20,000 bases of DNA from positions 256,094 through 276,093 of the forward strand of contig MU053802.1 of assembly GCA_013239625.1 (NCBI GenBank). The letters are read 5' to 3'. The notes beneath the pieces were generated by a model. The model did not search any database. It was not told where the DNA came from and saw nothing but the letters and a program-made list of their open reading frames with translations. Positions 19,400-20,000 of the stretch are shown here, in pieces. Position numbers and translations under genes: made by a program. The stretch is from Lama guanicoe (taxonomy: Eukaryota). How positions within the stretch are numbered: position 1 is the first letter of the stretch; the number at the start of each line of letters is the position of its first letter.

Positions 19400-20000
19400 C
19401 CACCTGTGTGACCCATGATTCCCACATTTCTGTCTCCTTCTAGACTTTTTCTCTCCAACCCTGGACTCTTACAATCTTCTGCTGATTTGACATCTTCAAT
19501 TGGAACTCTGATATCTTAAAACCAACATGTGTAAAAACTGAGCTCTTGGTCCTCCTACCCCCTAAACTGGTTCTTTCTGCAACCTCCCCCATTCAGTTAG
19601 TGGAAACTTAATCCTTCCAGCTGCTTGGGTAGTTATTCTGACTTGACATACCACATGAATTCTGTCAATAGATCTGGTTTAACACTGCCTTTAAAACATA
19701 TCCAGAACCCAGCCACTTCTCACCATGGTTCCTGCCTCCACTGCTGCTTCCCTTCCCTAAGCCACTGTCCTCTCCTCCTGCACAGCCCTTCTCAGAGGCT
19801 TCCCTCCTTTCATCTCTGACCCGTTTCGACTATTCTCACCTGGCAGTCAAGTGAGCCTCGAAAACCTAAGTTAGATTGTGTCGTCCTTCTGCAGTGCCTC
19901 CCCATTTCACTCTGGGTAAAAGCCACAGTCCTTACAACGTCCTCCAAGGCCATACAGGATCTGCACTGACCCTTCTCCGCAGCTCCAGCCGTGCCCCCAT
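19400..20000 (+). mobile_element. LINE-2 (L2a-like) fragment, running off the window end
   Basis: 'aacatgtgtaaaaactgagctcttg', 'aaaacatatccagaacccagccacttctcacca', 'ctaagttagattgtgtc', 'taaaagccacagtccttacaa..caaggcc'. Confidence 0.85.

Overview
Mammalian genomic DNA, probably camelid (Vic-1-like tRNA-derived SINE and a cetartiodactyl-type L1 3' UTR). It is mostly interspersed repeats (L2, L1, MIR, ERV LTRs, a gag remnant), and no intact protein-coding gene can be demonstrated. Four structures stand out. (1) A minus-strand, intron-containing, truncated RALGDS-derived pseudogene (6153-7573) with a germline-type promoter motif cluster, sitting between two copies of a ~1 kb direct repeat. (2) A solo LTR with a perfect 6-bp target-site duplication (8669-9076). 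(3) Two 3'-truncated ERV1-type LTRs fused tail-to-tail into a ~700 bp quasi-palindrome (10109-10816). (4) A CpG island with a + strand first exon (donor at 12315), followed by an array of ~120-150 bp diverged units. Most units carry a splice-donor motif and the central ones are inverted, giving antisense donors and competing RNA hairpins (12613-13430). A candidate second exon ending in ATG|gt lies at ~18541/18568-18647; the host gene was not identified. Repeat family names and RALGDS similarity come from recalled consensus sequences, not database searches, and repeat boundaries are approximate.
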